Positions 1 to 10,081 of a DNA stretch of 64,000 bases are shown here, in pieces; positions within the stretch are counted from its first letter, which is position 1, and each line of letters begins with the position of its first letter. The translations under genes and the position numbers were made by a program. Location: assembly GCA_965246945.1 (NCBI GenBank), contig CBDFFW010000001.1:90796-154795 (forward strand). Direction: 5' to 3'. The stretch is from Alphaproteobacteria bacterium. GTDB lineage: Bacteria > Pseudomonadota > Alphaproteobacteria > UBA11073. The notes beneath the pieces are model-generated. The model was not told where the DNA came from, ran no database searches, and was given only the letters and a program-made list of their open reading frames with translations.

Positions 1-833
1 CCCTGGCACCTGCGCCTGCGGATAGCGGGATTACCTTTATCCGCAGCGATGTCGAGCCGGATGCCGCGCGTGTGCCCGCCCGCTGGGATTTAATCAGCGA
101 TACCAAATTATGCACAACCTTGCGCAATAGCGCTGGTACCGTGGTGATGACTACAGAGCATGTCATGGCCGCCTTGCGCGGCTGCGGCGTGGATAATGCC
201 ACTATCAACCTGAATAATGCCGAAGTACCGATTATGGATGGCAGCGCCCAACCCTTTGTCGACCTTATTCACCAGGCCGGTTTGCAGCCGCAAATGGCCC
301 CGCGCCAGGCCATTCATATTTTGCAGCCGATCAAAGCGCAGATTGGCGATAGCTGGGCGATCCTTAACCCATCGACCACTGCGCGCTATGAAGTATTGGT
401 GGATTACACCGCCGGTGCCATTGGCCAACAACAATTTGTGCTGGAAGGCGAAACACTAACGCCAGTGGCCGCTGCCCGCACCTTTGGTTTCAAAAAAGAT
501 ATCGATGCCTTACGCGCCATTGGTCTGGCCCAGGGTGGTAGCTTGGACAATGCGATTGTTGTTGATGGTGATCACGTCTTGAACCCGGAAGGGCTGCGAT
601 ATGCCGATGAATTTGCGCGCCATAAAGCCTTGGATGCGGTGGGCGATTTAGCCTTGGCCGGTGCACCGCTGATGGCCGCTTACCAAGGCTATAAGCCTGG
701 TCATGGTGTGCATGCTGCCTTGCTGCAAGCCTTGTTCGCCAATCCCCGCGCCTGGTGTTTAAAGCCCATGCGCCCGCAAACGGTGCGTGAACCGTCGATG
801 ACCGAATTACTGGAAGCGGCTGTTCTAAACTAA
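1..833 (+). CDS. lpxC: UDP-3-O-acyl-N-acetylglucosamine deacetylase LpxC, 5'-truncated by the window edge (frame continues from position 3)
   Basis: The translation shows LpxC-like sequence over the whole ORF. The reading frame is open from the first bases of the window. The 253-aa ORF starts at 72, but the upstream in-frame codons are also LpxC-like. Confidence 0.8.
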   Translation, partial: LAPAPADSGITFIRSDVEPDAARVPARWDLISDTKLCTTLRNSAGTVVMTTEHVMAALRGCGVDNATINLNNAEVPIMDGSAQPFVDLIHQAGLQPQMAPRQAIHILQPIKAQIGDSWAILNPSTTARYEVLVDYTAGAIGQQQFVLEGETLTPVAAARTFGFKKDIDALRAIGLAQGGSLDNAIVVDGDHVLNPEGLRYADEFARHKALDAVGDLALAGAPLMAAYQGYKPGHGVHAALLQALFANPRAWCLKPMRPQTVREPSMTELLEAAVLN

Positions 834-2081
834 ATCCAATAATGCTGCGGCAGTTAATTGCCGGTCGCTTTGTAGCCAAGCTGCTTCGAGCTGGCGCAAT
901 TTTTCGCCCAATTGTGGGCCAGCAACCATGCCATGAGCCATTAATTGTTTGGCGGTAAGCGGAAACGGTTGCGGCTGCCAGGTTTCAATTGTCGGACGGT
1001 GCTGTCTATATAAGTCCGGCGCATAGGCCAGCAGAGCGGTGGCTACTAATTGCGAACCGTCATAATGCAGTGCCGTGGTTAAATGGAAGGCGCTAGTCTG
1101 TAATTGGTTTTGCAATGCAGCCAATTGTCGCAGCCAGCCATTATCCTTTTTTCGCCAACCCCATTGCTGGGCAGCTTCTGCAGCTTGCACTGCATTTGGC
1201 CAGCAAACTGCCCAGCGGATAAGCATACATTTAGGGTCATCCTCACGCAAAGCGTGGGGATCCAAATGACTGACTGTGTTGTTTGGATCCCTAGTGGCGC
1301 TGCGCTTGCTAAGGATGAGAAGTTCGGGCTCTCGGTTAAGCCAGTGCGCCATTGAAGATTCGTTCAACGACTGGCCAAATAAGGTTTTCCATATGCCATC
1401 GGCTTGCATGGCTTGCAAGGCAGGTAGAAGATTAGGTGCTTTTAACAGCCGCTGGATTTCGGCATTTACCCGCTCGCGCGATAATTGTTTTAAGCCCGCG
1501 CGCAAAGCTTGCGCAGCTTGCCGTTCGGCTTGACCCAATGGCGTTTGGCCATACCAAGCGTAAAAGCGGTAAAGACGTAGAATGCGCAGGTAATCTTCTT
1601 GAAAGCGCTGCGCCGATTTGCCCACTGTGCGAATAATCCCGTTTTGCAAATCGGGCAACCCGCCGACCAGATCGTAAACCTGGCCGCTTAAATCGGCATA
1701 TAATGCGTTCATAGTAAAATCCCGCCGCGCGGCATCACCCGCCCAATCACTGGTAAAACTTACTACCGCATGACGGCCATCGGTTTCTAGATCAGCACGC
1801 AAAGTGGTAATTTCAACCGTTTGCTGATTAGCCAATAATGCCGTGACCGTGCCGTGTTTTAGGCCAGTTGGAATGGTATGGATACCGGCAGCCTGGCACG
1901 CCGCCATTACCGTTGCTGGCAGCAAGGTGGTGGCTGCATCCAAATCTTTCACCGGTTTATGCAACAATGCATCGCGCACACAGCCGCCGACCAAACGGAT
2001 TTCACCGCTCATTTGTTCAATGGCGCGCCATAAGGGCTGCAGCGCCGTCAGCGGCCAAATGACAGGATCAATTTGCATCAC
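825..2081 (-). CDS. cca: CCA tRNA nucleotidyltransferase / poly(A) polymerase family
   Basis: 418 aa. The N-terminus has the PolyA_pol head-domain pattern (GGCVRDALL...DLD). Convergent with lpxC, overlapping it by 9 nt. Confidence 0.8.
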   Translation of the reverse strand: MMQIDPVIWPLTALQPLWRAIEQMSGEIRLVGGCVRDALLHKPVKDLDAATTLLPATVMAACQAAGIHTIPTGLKHGTVTALLANQQTVEITTLRADLETDGRHAVVSFTSDWAGDAARRDFTMNALYADLSGQVYDLVGGLPDLQNGIIRTVGKSAQRFQEDYLRILRLYRFYAWYGQTPLGQAERQAAQALRAGLKQLSRERVNAEIQRLLKAPNLLPALQAMQADGIWKTLFGQSLNESSMAHWLNREPELLILSKRSATRDPNNTVSHLDPHALREDDPKCMLIRWAVCWPNAVQAAEAAQQWGWRKKDNGWLRQLAALQNQLQTSAFHLTTALHYDGSQLVATALLAYAPDLYRQHRPTIETWQPQPFPLTAKQLMAHGMVAGPQLGEKLRQLEAAWLQSDRQLTAAALLDLV

Positions 2082-2088
2082 GGGCTTA

Positions 2089-2832
2089 TTATGCCTGTTT
2101 CACTGCCGCAATCAAAAACTCTTTATTGCCTTCTTGGCCAGTGATCGGGCTTTTGGTGATGCCCAACACCTGCCAGCCTGGTTGCTGGGCAAACCACGCT
2201 TCAACTTCGGTGCATACCGCGGCATGCACGGCGGGATCACGGATAATACCGCCTGCGCCAATTTCATGTTTGGCGGCTTCAAATTGTGGTTTGATCAGCG
2301 CAATCAGCCAGCAAGCATTGGCAGCCAGCGCCATGGCGGCGGGCAGCACCGTGCTCAGCCGAATAAAACTCGCATCACACACAATCGCGTTAAGCTTTTC
2401 AGATATCTGGGTATCATTTAAATAGCGGGCATTGGTTTTATCCAGCACCACCACGCGTTCATCGGTGCGCAAGCTCCAGGCCAATTGGCCGTAACCAACA
2501 TCAACCGCATAAACTTTGGCTGCCTGGTGCTGCAACAATACTTGGGTAAAACCGCCAGTGCTGGCCCCAATATCCGCGCAAATACGGCCGGCTACTGATA
2601 ACTGGAAATATTCTATTCCCTTGGCCAGTTTTAAACCCGCGCGGCTAACATAAGGGTGTTCCGCTTCTTTTAAGGTAATCACCACATCCGCGCGCAGCAT
2701 TTCACCGGCTTTGGTCACCACTTGATCATTCACGCGCACCTTGCCGGCCATTACCAAAGCTTGCGCTTTAGCCGCATTCTCAACCAAACCGCGTTGCACC
2801 AATAAGGAATCGAGGCGATGTTTGGCCATCAA
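2089..2832 (-). CDS. tlyA: TlyA family rRNA (cytidine-2'-O)-methyltransferase / hemolysin A
   Basis: 247 aa. N-terminal S4 RNA-binding domain (RLDSLLVQRGLVENAAKAQALVMAGKVRVN) followed by an FtsJ-type methyltransferase fold. Confidence 0.85.
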   Translation of the reverse strand: MMAKHRLDSLLVQRGLVENAAKAQALVMAGKVRVNDQVVTKAGEMLRADVVITLKEAEHPYVSRAGLKLAKGIEYFQLSVAGRICADIGASTGGFTQVLLQHQAAKVYAVDVGYGQLAWSLRTDERVVVLDKTNARYLNDTQISEKLNAIVCDASFIRLSTVLPAAMALAANACWLIALIKPQFEAAKHEIGAGGIIRDPAVHAAVCTEVEAWFAQQPGWQVLGITKSPITGQEGNKEFLIAAVKQA

Positions 2833-3105
2833 TCAGCGATGACATAGGCTAAATAGGGCTGTAAAGGGCTGTGAATTTTGTATGACGGACAGATGACAAT
2901 TAAGTACATAGGTTAAAATGGATACCGCTAGATATGGTGGCAAACATAATTTGATGCTACTACGCCTAGAATCTTTCAATATAAGATTAGATTCAACATA
3001 AAAATGCGATCAGGAAAGAGCGCCAAAATTACCTTGACTCCATTAAGACTGTGGCATAATGATCACTATATTGCAGCTGGGCTGTAATAAGGTTGCTGCT
3101 CTCGT

Positions 3106-4503
3106 ATGGCAGAAACCGCTCAACGGGGTGCTACTCCAAAGGCGATGCGCATTTGCTTAACGGCAAATTCACATTGTCCCTTAAAGGCCAACCAACGGAG
3201 GAGTCCGGCTTTGCGTTTTTATGCTGTCTTATTGCCAGCCTTACTTGCCATGCAGGTAGCGGCAGAAAATCTTGCTTTTGATCATCCGTGGCTCGCGGAT
3301 GCCTTGGGTACGCCATCGGTTAGCGATGTTGCTGATGACCAGATAGCGATCCTCACACCCAAACCTGAACCATGGCAGGCGCAAAATTTAACCGCGTCCC
3401 TGGGCAACCGCCAAAAATTCACCCAATTTCTCAGCCGTTATAAAGTGCATCCTACCGAAGCGGCCCAAGTGACTACTGCCCTGCAAAAAGTCTATCCTGT
3501 TAAAAACATCAAAGCGGGCCAAAATTTTGATCTGAATATGCGCCAGCGCCGCCGCATTGCCCAGGTCGATAAAATTGTTTTCAAGCCGGATGCTTTTTCC
3601 AAAATCGAGCTGACCCGCCAGGCAGATAACAGTTTTAGCGCGCAAAAAATCGCGCGTACGGTCACCAATAAAACCTTGGCCGGCTTTGGTGTGGTCCGCA
3701 CGTCTTTATCGGCAGCGATGAACCAGGCCAATGTGCCGCGCACTGCGCTGGCTGAATTTATCAAAAATATGTCTTACGATGTGGATTTCCAGCGCGATAT
3801 TAGCGCCGGCAATACCTTCGCCATTTTGTATGAAGGCACCGTAGATGATGAAGGCAAAGTGATCAAAACCGGTAAATTATTATTCGCGGCTTTGCGTACC
3901 GATGATGATTTGGTGGCGATTTACCGCAACAACGATAACAAATTTTATCAGGCAGATGGCGCAGCCATTCAAAAAGCCTTTATGCGCACGCCGGTTGATG
4001 CCGCGCATGTCACTTCCGGCTTTGGTTTCCGCATTCACCCGCTCTTGGGTTTTAGCAAAATGCATAAAGGTGTGGATTTCGGCGCGCCCACTGGTACCCC
4101 AATTTTTGCCGCTGCTGATGGCGTAGTAGAAAAAGCCGCGCCATTTAGCGGTTATGGCAATTACGTGCGCATCAAACACAATGCCACTTACAGCACCGCC
4201 TATGCGCATATGAGCCGCTATGCCGCCAATATCCGCCCGGGTGCACGCGTAGTGCAAGGCCAAGTAATTGGCTATGTCGGCATGACCGGCAGTGCTACTG
4301 GTCCACATCTGCATTTTGAAGTCGTTAAAGGCGGCGAACAAGTGAACCCAACGGCTGTCACCTCGATCGGCTCTAACAAATTACTGGGCAAGGATTACGC
4401 GCAATTTGCTTCTTTAGTAAAACAACGCCAACAACAATTCGCCCAACTCGCCGGCACCACCAACAAATTCGCGTTTAATGATACAGGCAAAAAAGTTAAT
4501 TAG
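3106..4503 (+). CDS. M23 family metallopeptidase (LytM/NlpD-like) with a long N-terminal region; the start codon is uncertain
   Basis: The C-terminal M23 motifs are present (HKGVDFGAPTGTPIFAAADGVV ... GPHLHFEV). A hydrophobic signal-like stretch lies near the N-terminus. A hairpin terminator follows the stop. Confidence 0.75.
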   Translation: MAETAQRGATPKAMRICLTANSHCPLKANQRRSPALRFYAVLLPALLAMQVAAENLAFDHPWLADALGTPSVSDVADDQIAILTPKPEPWQAQNLTASLGNRQKFTQFLSRYKVHPTEAAQVTTALQKVYPVKNIKAGQNFDLNMRQRRRIAQVDKIVFKPDAFSKIELTRQADNSFSAQKIARTVTNKTLAGFGVVRTSLSAAMNQANVPRTALAEFIKNMSYDVDFQRDISAGNTFAILYEGTVDDEGKVIKTGKLLFAALRTDDDLVAIYRNNDNKFYQADGAAIQKAFMRTPVDAAHVTSGFGFRIHPLLGFSKMHKGVDFGAPTGTPIFAAADGVVEKAAPFSGYGNYVRIKHNATYSTAYAHMSRYAANIRPGARVVQGQVIGYVGMTGSATGPHLHFEVVKGGEQVNPTAVTSIGSNKLLGKDYAQFASLVKQRQQQFAQLAGTTNKFAFNDTGKKVN

Positions 4504-4526
4504 TTTCAAAATTTAATAATCGTTTG

Positions 4527-4558
4527 AGGCCACAATATTGTGTGGCCTTTATTTTTTA
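4527..4558 (+). terminator. Rho-independent terminator after the M23 peptidase gene; it overlaps the 3' end of SURF1 on the opposite strand
   Basis: Perfect 8-bp stem aggccaca/tgtggcct with a 6-nt loop, followed by ttatttttta. Confidence 0.6.
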
Positions 4559-5250
4559 CGGCGTTGCCATAGTAACTGCAAATACATGCCACTAACCACC
4601 AAAGCCAGTGCCGCCCAGGTCAGCGCATATTGTAAATGATTATTATTTGGCAAAGGCGGGGCGGCCTGCATGTCTTCAACCTTAATCGCTTGCAAATAAT
4701 AATCGGTCACTTCAGCGCCCAGGGCGACGGCCAATTGCTGATCGATATAATACCAGTTTTGCTGGGCGGTATCATTATGCGCACTAAATAAAGGCGGTTT
4801 TAATACCGGCTTAACCACCGCCAGTGGCGTATCTGGATAAATACTTTGGCCATTTGTCTGCGGAAATGTGGTTTGGGCCGATTGCCAAGGCGCGGCGATT
4901 AGCCAACCGCTTGTGCCCCATAACTGCACATCCCGCCAGCCAAAGCGGCCATTTTGGATAGTTGTTAATTTAACTGCTGTCACCGGCGATGGTAGCGCTG
5001 CAGCTAAGTTATTCTGCGGCACCTCATCGGAAATTAAGCTGATATGCCGCCAAGCCCATTGGTCACGGGGTAATTTAGCCAGCGTTGCTAATGTAACGGG
5101 CGGCTGTACCCAGTGATTTTTCATTTCAGCAATAACCGCATTTTTCCACGCCAACCGGTGAAACTGCCACACGCTTAGACAGCCCATGCCGATAATGGTG
5201 ATGACCATAATCAGGTGAAACCAAATGCCGCGTATTTGCTTATTTGCCAT
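4549..5250 (-). CDS. SURF1 family cytochrome oxidase assembly protein
   Basis: 233 aa with an N-terminal and a C-terminal transmembrane segment, and a SURF1-like pattern (WQFHRLAWK ... C-terminal TM YALTWAALALVVSG). Confidence 0.7.
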   Translation of the reverse strand: MANKQIRGIWFHLIMVITIIGMGCLSVWQFHRLAWKNAVIAEMKNHWVQPPVTLATLAKLPRDQWAWRHISLISDEVPQNNLAAALPSPVTAVKLTTIQNGRFGWRDVQLWGTSGWLIAAPWQSAQTTFPQTNGQSIYPDTPLAVVKPVLKPPLFSAHNDTAQQNWYYIDQQLAVALGAEVTDYYLQAIKVEDMQAAPPLPNNNHLQYALTWAALALVVSGMYLQLLWQRRKK

Positions 5251-5302
5251 GGCATATTTTAATGTGCTTAGCGATTAAACGGTAGCGATATCATCAAGCA
5301 AT

Positions 5303-6289
5303 TTAGCTGTTTGAAATTTGAATGCGCGCCACCGTGGCGTTGGCAATAGCGCTGAGCTGTAATGCCATAGGGTTATCCGGCCACAGTGCCAGCGCGGCGC
5401 AGGCTTGGTGCGCATAATTAGCCGTCAAAGTTTGAATGCGGGTAAACACATCATGTGCATTCAGATATTTTAAAGCCTGCGGCCAGTCGACCGCTTCGCC
5501 ATCCATCGCGGCGGCGATGGTCACGGCCCAAAAACTGCGCTCATTTTGATCAGCATTTTCCAGGGCATAAATCACTGGCAGAGTGAGTTTGCCTTCATGC
5601 AAATCATCGCCCAACTGTTTGGAAAAATCCTCCGGCGCGGCCAGATAATCCATCACATCATCGGATAATTGGTAAGCCATACCCAAAGCATCGCCATAAG
5701 CGCGTAATGCAGCGCGCGCCTCGGCATCTGCCGATAACCCGCCCACCTCACAAGCCGCCGAAAACAAGGCGGAGGTTTTGGCACGCACAATGCCGAAATA
5801 ATGTTCGGGCTGCATGGCCAGATTGCCTTTCCATTGCAACTGATCCACCTCGCCTTGCGTAATTTCAGAACTGGCGGCTGCTAGAATGGCCAGGCCAGCC
5901 ATATCGCCATGTTCGACCATCAAATTGAACGCCTGCGCAAACAGAAAATCGCCGACCAATACCGATGCTTCCGAGCCAAATACCAAATGCGCCGCCAGTT
6001 TGCCGCGGCGTTGCTGGCTACCATCCACCACATCGTCATGCAACAGGCTGGCAGTGTGGATAAATTCAACCGCGGTGGCGTGCAGATAAACATTTTCGCT
6101 GGCATCGCCAGTCAGCTTGGCACAAGCCAAAGTTAATAACGGGCGCAGGCGCTTGCCGCCGGCATTAATTAAATGCGCCGCCACTTCGGCAATCATTGGC
6201 ACGCGGGTTTCCAGCCGCGCCATAATCAGCGCATTCACGGCTGCCATTTCGGGCTGCAGCGCGGCGGCTAAAGTGTTGAAAGCATTCAC
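5303..6289 (-). CDS. ispB: Polyprenyl diphosphate synthase (octaprenyl-diphosphate synthase-like, trans-IPPS)
   Basis: 328 aa. Two Asp-rich motifs are present (LLHDDVVDGSQQRRG; DDVMDY). Confidence 0.85.
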   Translation of the reverse strand: MNAFNTLAAALQPEMAAVNALIMARLETRVPMIAEVAAHLINAGGKRLRPLLTLACAKLTGDASENVYLHATAVEFIHTASLLHDDVVDGSQQRRGKLAAHLVFGSEASVLVGDFLFAQAFNLMVEHGDMAGLAILAAASSEITQGEVDQLQWKGNLAMQPEHYFGIVRAKTSALFSAACEVGGLSADAEARAALRAYGDALGMAYQLSDDVMDYLAAPEDFSKQLGDDLHEGKLTLPVIYALENADQNERSFWAVTIAAAMDGEAVDWPQALKYLNAHDVFTRIQTLTANYAHQACAALALWPDNPMALQLSAIANATVARIQISNS

Positions 6290-6417
6290 TGGCTGTACTT
6301 CTTAAGCGCCAAAATGCCAGAAGCATCACAAAGGTCAAGCTTGCTGGCAGCAGCGCCAAAATTTCTGCGGAAAGAATTTGTCAATTATTACTGGATACGG
6401 TTATGTTATGGCCAAGT

Positions 6418-6501
6418 GGTCCCATGGCGGAATGGTAGACGCTCACGACTTAAAATCGTGTGCCGATAGGCGTCCCGGTTCAAGTCCGGGTGGGACCACC
6501 A
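6418..6501 (+). tRNA. tRNA-Leu (anticodon UAA), type II with a long variable arm
   Basis: The acceptor stem is ggtccca/tgggacc. The anticodon loop is cttaaaa. The T-arm is cccgg-ttcaagt-ccggg. A discriminator A and an encoded CCA are present. Confidence 0.85.
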
Positions 6502-7133
6502 TAACAGAGAAATGCTTTCATATCAACGTTCTATGTTAACTTATGCCAAATGCCGGTGCTATTCGAATTTAAATAAATAAACCGGCACGACTTTTGGTCG
6601 TAAAATGAAAAAGCTGTGTAAAGAAAAGTTGCAAGAAATCAGTATGTTGACAGTGAGGCAGCTCAAGAAAGCCTTGCACAAGGCTTACCCAACATTATAC
6701 CGTATTGCAAGCTAGTTACTCAAATTCAAAATTTAAACCCAAAGGGTGGAATGAAGCCGGTAGATTTTTGAGTTAGATTGCCTTTGCTACCGTTATTGGC
6801 CACAAGTTGAGGTGCCGGTGCTAGTCACAATGGCTATGCTGCCATTGCTTGTGTAATTAGCTATTTGTTTTCTGGTCATACCGGCATCTACCGTGCCCAG
6901 CGCCGCAACGACCCATTTACTGACAATATATAAACTTAACTATTTCGCATTGGTTATGTCGTTAACACAGCGCTTTAAGCTATTTTATTGCTGATCAATT
7001 AATTCTAAGAGAACCGGATTTATGAAAAAGGCGCAGTGAATTTTGAATTTCATTTTTCAATATGTTGTATTATTATAAAACAGTTCAAAGATTTTGTATC
7101 ATCTATGGTAGGGTGTCTAATGCGTAGGCATTT

Positions 7134-7883
7134 ATGATAGGTTTAAGACAATGGGAATCTGCCACGAAGCAGATCCAACCATTCGCCTTTTTAAAAGCGT
7201 TGACGTTATTCGTCGGTTTATCAGATCAAGAAATAGCGCTTTTTACCGATGTAGCCAAAGTCAAAACTTATAAAAAGGGGCACACACTTTATTCAGAAGG
7301 TGATGAAGCTAAGTTTTTTTATATCATTCGCGATGGCTGGGTAAAATTGTTTCACGTTACTGAGGATGGTGAAGAAGTCAATTTGGGGGTAATTACCAAA
7401 GGCAGCATGCTTGGCAAAAGTGCTATTTTTGAGAATAATATTTTTAATAATAATGCGCAGATTGTTGAAGCCGCAGAAATTGTTAGCATTCCACTGAGTT
7501 TGCTTAAAGAGCAGATCCAAAATAACCAAAAAATTGCCTATAATATGCTCAATTCCATGGTGCAGCATCAGCGAGAGCATGAAATGCAGTTTGAGCAATA
7601 TTTTCTTTATAGCGCCCCGCAGCGCATCGGCTGTTTTTTGTTGGGACTATGCCCAACCTTGGAACAGGTTGATGGCGTGATGCTTAATTTGCCGTATGAC
7701 AAAACGCTAATTGCTTCAACGCTTGGGATGAAGGGGGCTACTTTCTCGCGCGCTTTAAATTTACTGCGCACAGAAACCGGTATTCAGATTGAAGGAACTG
7801 CGGTTGTCATTGCTTCTATGTCTCGCCTGCTTAAATTTGTCGATGGCTGCTATTCGCATCATCACTTAATTAGTAAAATCTAA
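7134..7883 (+). CDS. Crp/Fnr family transcriptional regulator (cNMP-binding domain plus C-terminal HTH)
   Basis: 249 aa. cNMP-binding beta-roll pattern (YSEGDEAKFFYIIRDGWVKLF) and a C-terminal HTH (TLIASTLGMKGATFSRALNLL). AT-rich codon usage. Confidence 0.7.
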   Translation: MIGLRQWESATKQIQPFAFLKALTLFVGLSDQEIALFTDVAKVKTYKKGHTLYSEGDEAKFFYIIRDGWVKLFHVTEDGEEVNLGVITKGSMLGKSAIFENNIFNNNAQIVEAAEIVSIPLSLLKEQIQNNQKIAYNMLNSMVQHQREHEMQFEQYFLYSAPQRIGCFLLGLCPTLEQVDGVMLNLPYDKTLIASTLGMKGATFSRALNLLRTETGIQIEGTAVVIASMSRLLKFVDGCYSHHHLISKI

Positions 7884-8269
7884 ACTTCGCCAAATACGGT
7901 TTTTAACCAGCCCCATTCTAGCATGGCGGGACTATCAATATATTTTTGCCGGTTATCGGCAACGCGTTTGAGATATTGATAATTAAATGGCCATTCATCA
8001 TCTGGGGAAATCGTTTTCGTTTCGGTGATTTCGATTTTCATATTTTTAGTGAGGCGGAGCTTAAATTTTGCTTTTGGCCGATCATCAAAAACAATGGCGT
8101 GCAAGGCTGCGTCATCCGCCAGTTTTTTAAACCGCGCGGCCCAAATTTCGGTATAAGGAAATTTGCTTTTATTCTTTTCAATCGCTTCATTACAGATCTC
8201 TAAATACTGCCGAAATATCTGTTCATATTCTCTTTTTTCTTCAACGGCTTGGGCATTTTTACGAGGCAT
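7880..8269 (-). CDS. Hypothetical protein (129 aa, charged, AT-rich)
   Basis: ORF only. No recognised domain. Convergent with the Crp/Fnr gene, overlapping it by 4 nt. Confidence 0.4.
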   Translation of the reverse strand: MPRKNAQAVEEKREYEQIFRQYLEICNEAIEKNKSKFPYTEIWAARFKKLADDAALHAIVFDDRPKAKFKLRLTKNMKIEITETKTISPDDEWPFNYQYLKRVADNRQKYIDSPAMLEWGWLKTVFGEV

Positions 8270-8321
8270 GGCTTATGCATAGCATTATTTAAAAACAACG
8301 CTTTGATCTAAATCAAATGCG

Positions 8322-9275
8322 TTAATTTAAATTTGCATTGGAATACTGTTTTGTTCCGATCGCAACTGGCAGGCCACTTCCATGCTGAATGGCATTGGCC
8401 ACAACATCCCAATTTATTTCGGTGGTGAAAGTTGCCGCGCTGGCGATGGCAGTATAAATCATTTGGTTGTTGTCCTGCACGAAATGAAGATTGCCCGTGA
8501 TCAAATCGATTGGTTGGATGGGCGCAATTTCCAAATATAACGTATCGCCCTGCCAGCCAAGTTTATAGGGCTGGTTAACCACGGTAACTTCTGTGCCGTC
8601 TTCGATTAATCCGAATAAAGCTTCAATATCTTCAGGGAATAGGCGAATGCAGCCATGGCTGGTGCGTTTGCCAACACTATTCGGCACATTGGTGCCATGA
8701 ATAAGATAGCTCGGCCAGCCGAGATATAGTGCAAAATTGCCAAGCGGATTATCTGGCCCTGGTAAAACCTGTTCAGGCAATTCCGGGTTTTCAGCGCGAA
8801 TGGAAGCAGGCGGTGTCCAAATAGGATTTTGCTTCTTTCTAATAACCGTAGTAGTGCCTTGCGGTGTTTGCGAACCTTCTTTGCCAACACCAATCGGGAA
8901 GCTAAATACATGATCGATATCGGCAAAATAGAACAAGCGCAGTTCCGCCAGATTGATGACAATTCCATCGCGCGGCGCATCGGGCAAAATATGTGCTGTC
9001 GGCAAGGTAAGTATTTTACCAACTTTCAATTTTAGGGGATCGATACCTGGATTGGCTGCCAATAATTTAACGATGCCGACATCATGCTGCTGGGCAATCT
9101 TATATAAATTATCATTTGGCTGTACGGCATAAGAAGTGATGGTGCCAATCAGGTCATCATTAGCGAAAAATTCTGTGGCTTGCACCGCCGACGTTGCCCA
9201 CAGCGATAAAATGAGTAGCAAGGCAAAACGAAACAGAATTTGCCGAAAGTGTAATTTGGTAACAGATATAATCAT
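8322..9275 (-). CDS. L,D-transpeptidase (YkuD/ErfK family) with LysM domain and signal peptide
   Basis: LysM motif (YAVQPNDNLYKIAQQHDVGIVKLLAANPG...KVGKILTLP). YkuD catalytic motif (HGTNVPNSVGKRTSHGCIRL). I chose the start at the Met that precedes the signal peptide (MIISVTKLHFRQILFRFALLLILSLWATSAVQA). The tracked ORF extends to 9380. Confidence 0.75.
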   Translation of the reverse strand: MIISVTKLHFRQILFRFALLLILSLWATSAVQATEFFANDDLIGTITSYAVQPNDNLYKIAQQHDVGIVKLLAANPGIDPLKLKVGKILTLPTAHILPDAPRDGIVINLAELRLFYFADIDHVFSFPIGVGKEGSQTPQGTTTVIRKKQNPIWTPPASIRAENPELPEQVLPGPDNPLGNFALYLGWPSYLIHGTNVPNSVGKRTSHGCIRLFPEDIEALFGLIEDGTEVTVVNQPYKLGWQGDTLYLEIAPIQPIDLITGNLHFVQDNNQMIYTAIASAATFTTEINWDVVANAIQHGSGLPVAIGTKQYSNANLN

Positions 9276-9438
9276 GCGGTTTGATGACCTGTAGAAATAA
9301 ATTGAAGATTCAAAAGCCATTGTTTCCGGTGAGCGAAATAAAAATAAATCAAGCTGCTGATCGTGGCCGCAAAAAAGCACCAGACGGAAACCAGATAATA
9401 ATTAAAAAATGCGTAGGCGATGACAAAGGTAATCAAAT

Positions 9439-9951
9439 TCACAATGCCCAATTTACGCAGATGATTATCGCTGAAAAAAAGAACGCAGCGCAGGTCGCAA
9501 TAACGTAAATCGGGGTGACCCAATGATCATAGGGTATTGGCGGGTAGACGTATAAAATGCATGAATTGGCAATTTGTGCCGAGCCAGTGACCTGTAACAT
9601 GGCTGCTAAAACATAGGCCGCGACGACCCCACCAACTAATGTAACGCCGACCATGACCACACGACGTTGGTGGTTAGGTTCCAGTAACGCCACGCTGGCC
9701 GGTACTAGGATTGGCCAGATAATACCGGCGAATACGCCGTAAATGATGACCAGCCATAGCTGTATTTGCGGCCAAGTGCCGTGCAGCAGGTTAAGCCACA
9801 CCAAACCTTCAATGAATTGCTGAATCGCAAACAGCAGCGGCAAGGCGGCAAAAGGGATTTCTCGGTAACTACTGGTCTTTCGCAGCGAAGCAAAACCGAT
9901 GGTCGCCAAAACAGCAGCTGCACTAAAGCTGGCAACAGGCGAAAAACACAT
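9439..9951 (-). CDS. Hypothetical integral membrane protein (about 5 TM helices)
   Basis: 170 aa, hydrophobic throughout. No recognised motif. Confidence 0.45.
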   Translation of the reverse strand: MCFSPVASFSAAAVLATIGFASLRKTSSYREIPFAALPLLFAIQQFIEGLVWLNLLHGTWPQIQLWLVIIYGVFAGIIWPILVPASVALLEPNHQRRVVMVGVTLVGGVVAAYVLAAMLQVTGSAQIANSCILYVYPPIPYDHWVTPIYVIATCAAFFFSAIIICVNWAL

Positions 9952-10081
9952 CGCTTTGCTTAGCAGCTTGCGAAGCAGAAATATTTGACGTTAGTCAAAT
10001 TAGCCATTTTCAAGTCGTATTTGCTACCCTTAGGTCTGTTGACAAATTGGCCTCTCAACCTAGCGTTAATAGGGTACCACC

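Noticed and set aside
1843-2421. 192-aa plus-strand ORF spanning the cca/tlyA junction
   Set aside because: It is antisense to two well-supported genes. It is a typical GC-rich shadow ORF.
3880-4341. 153-aa minus-strand ORF inside the M23 peptidase gene
   Set aside because: It is antisense to the conserved M23 catalytic region.
10040-10081. TTGACA ... TTAATA as a sigma-70 promoter for the VIT gene
   Set aside because: The spacer is about 21 nt, which is too long for a canonical -35/-10 pair.
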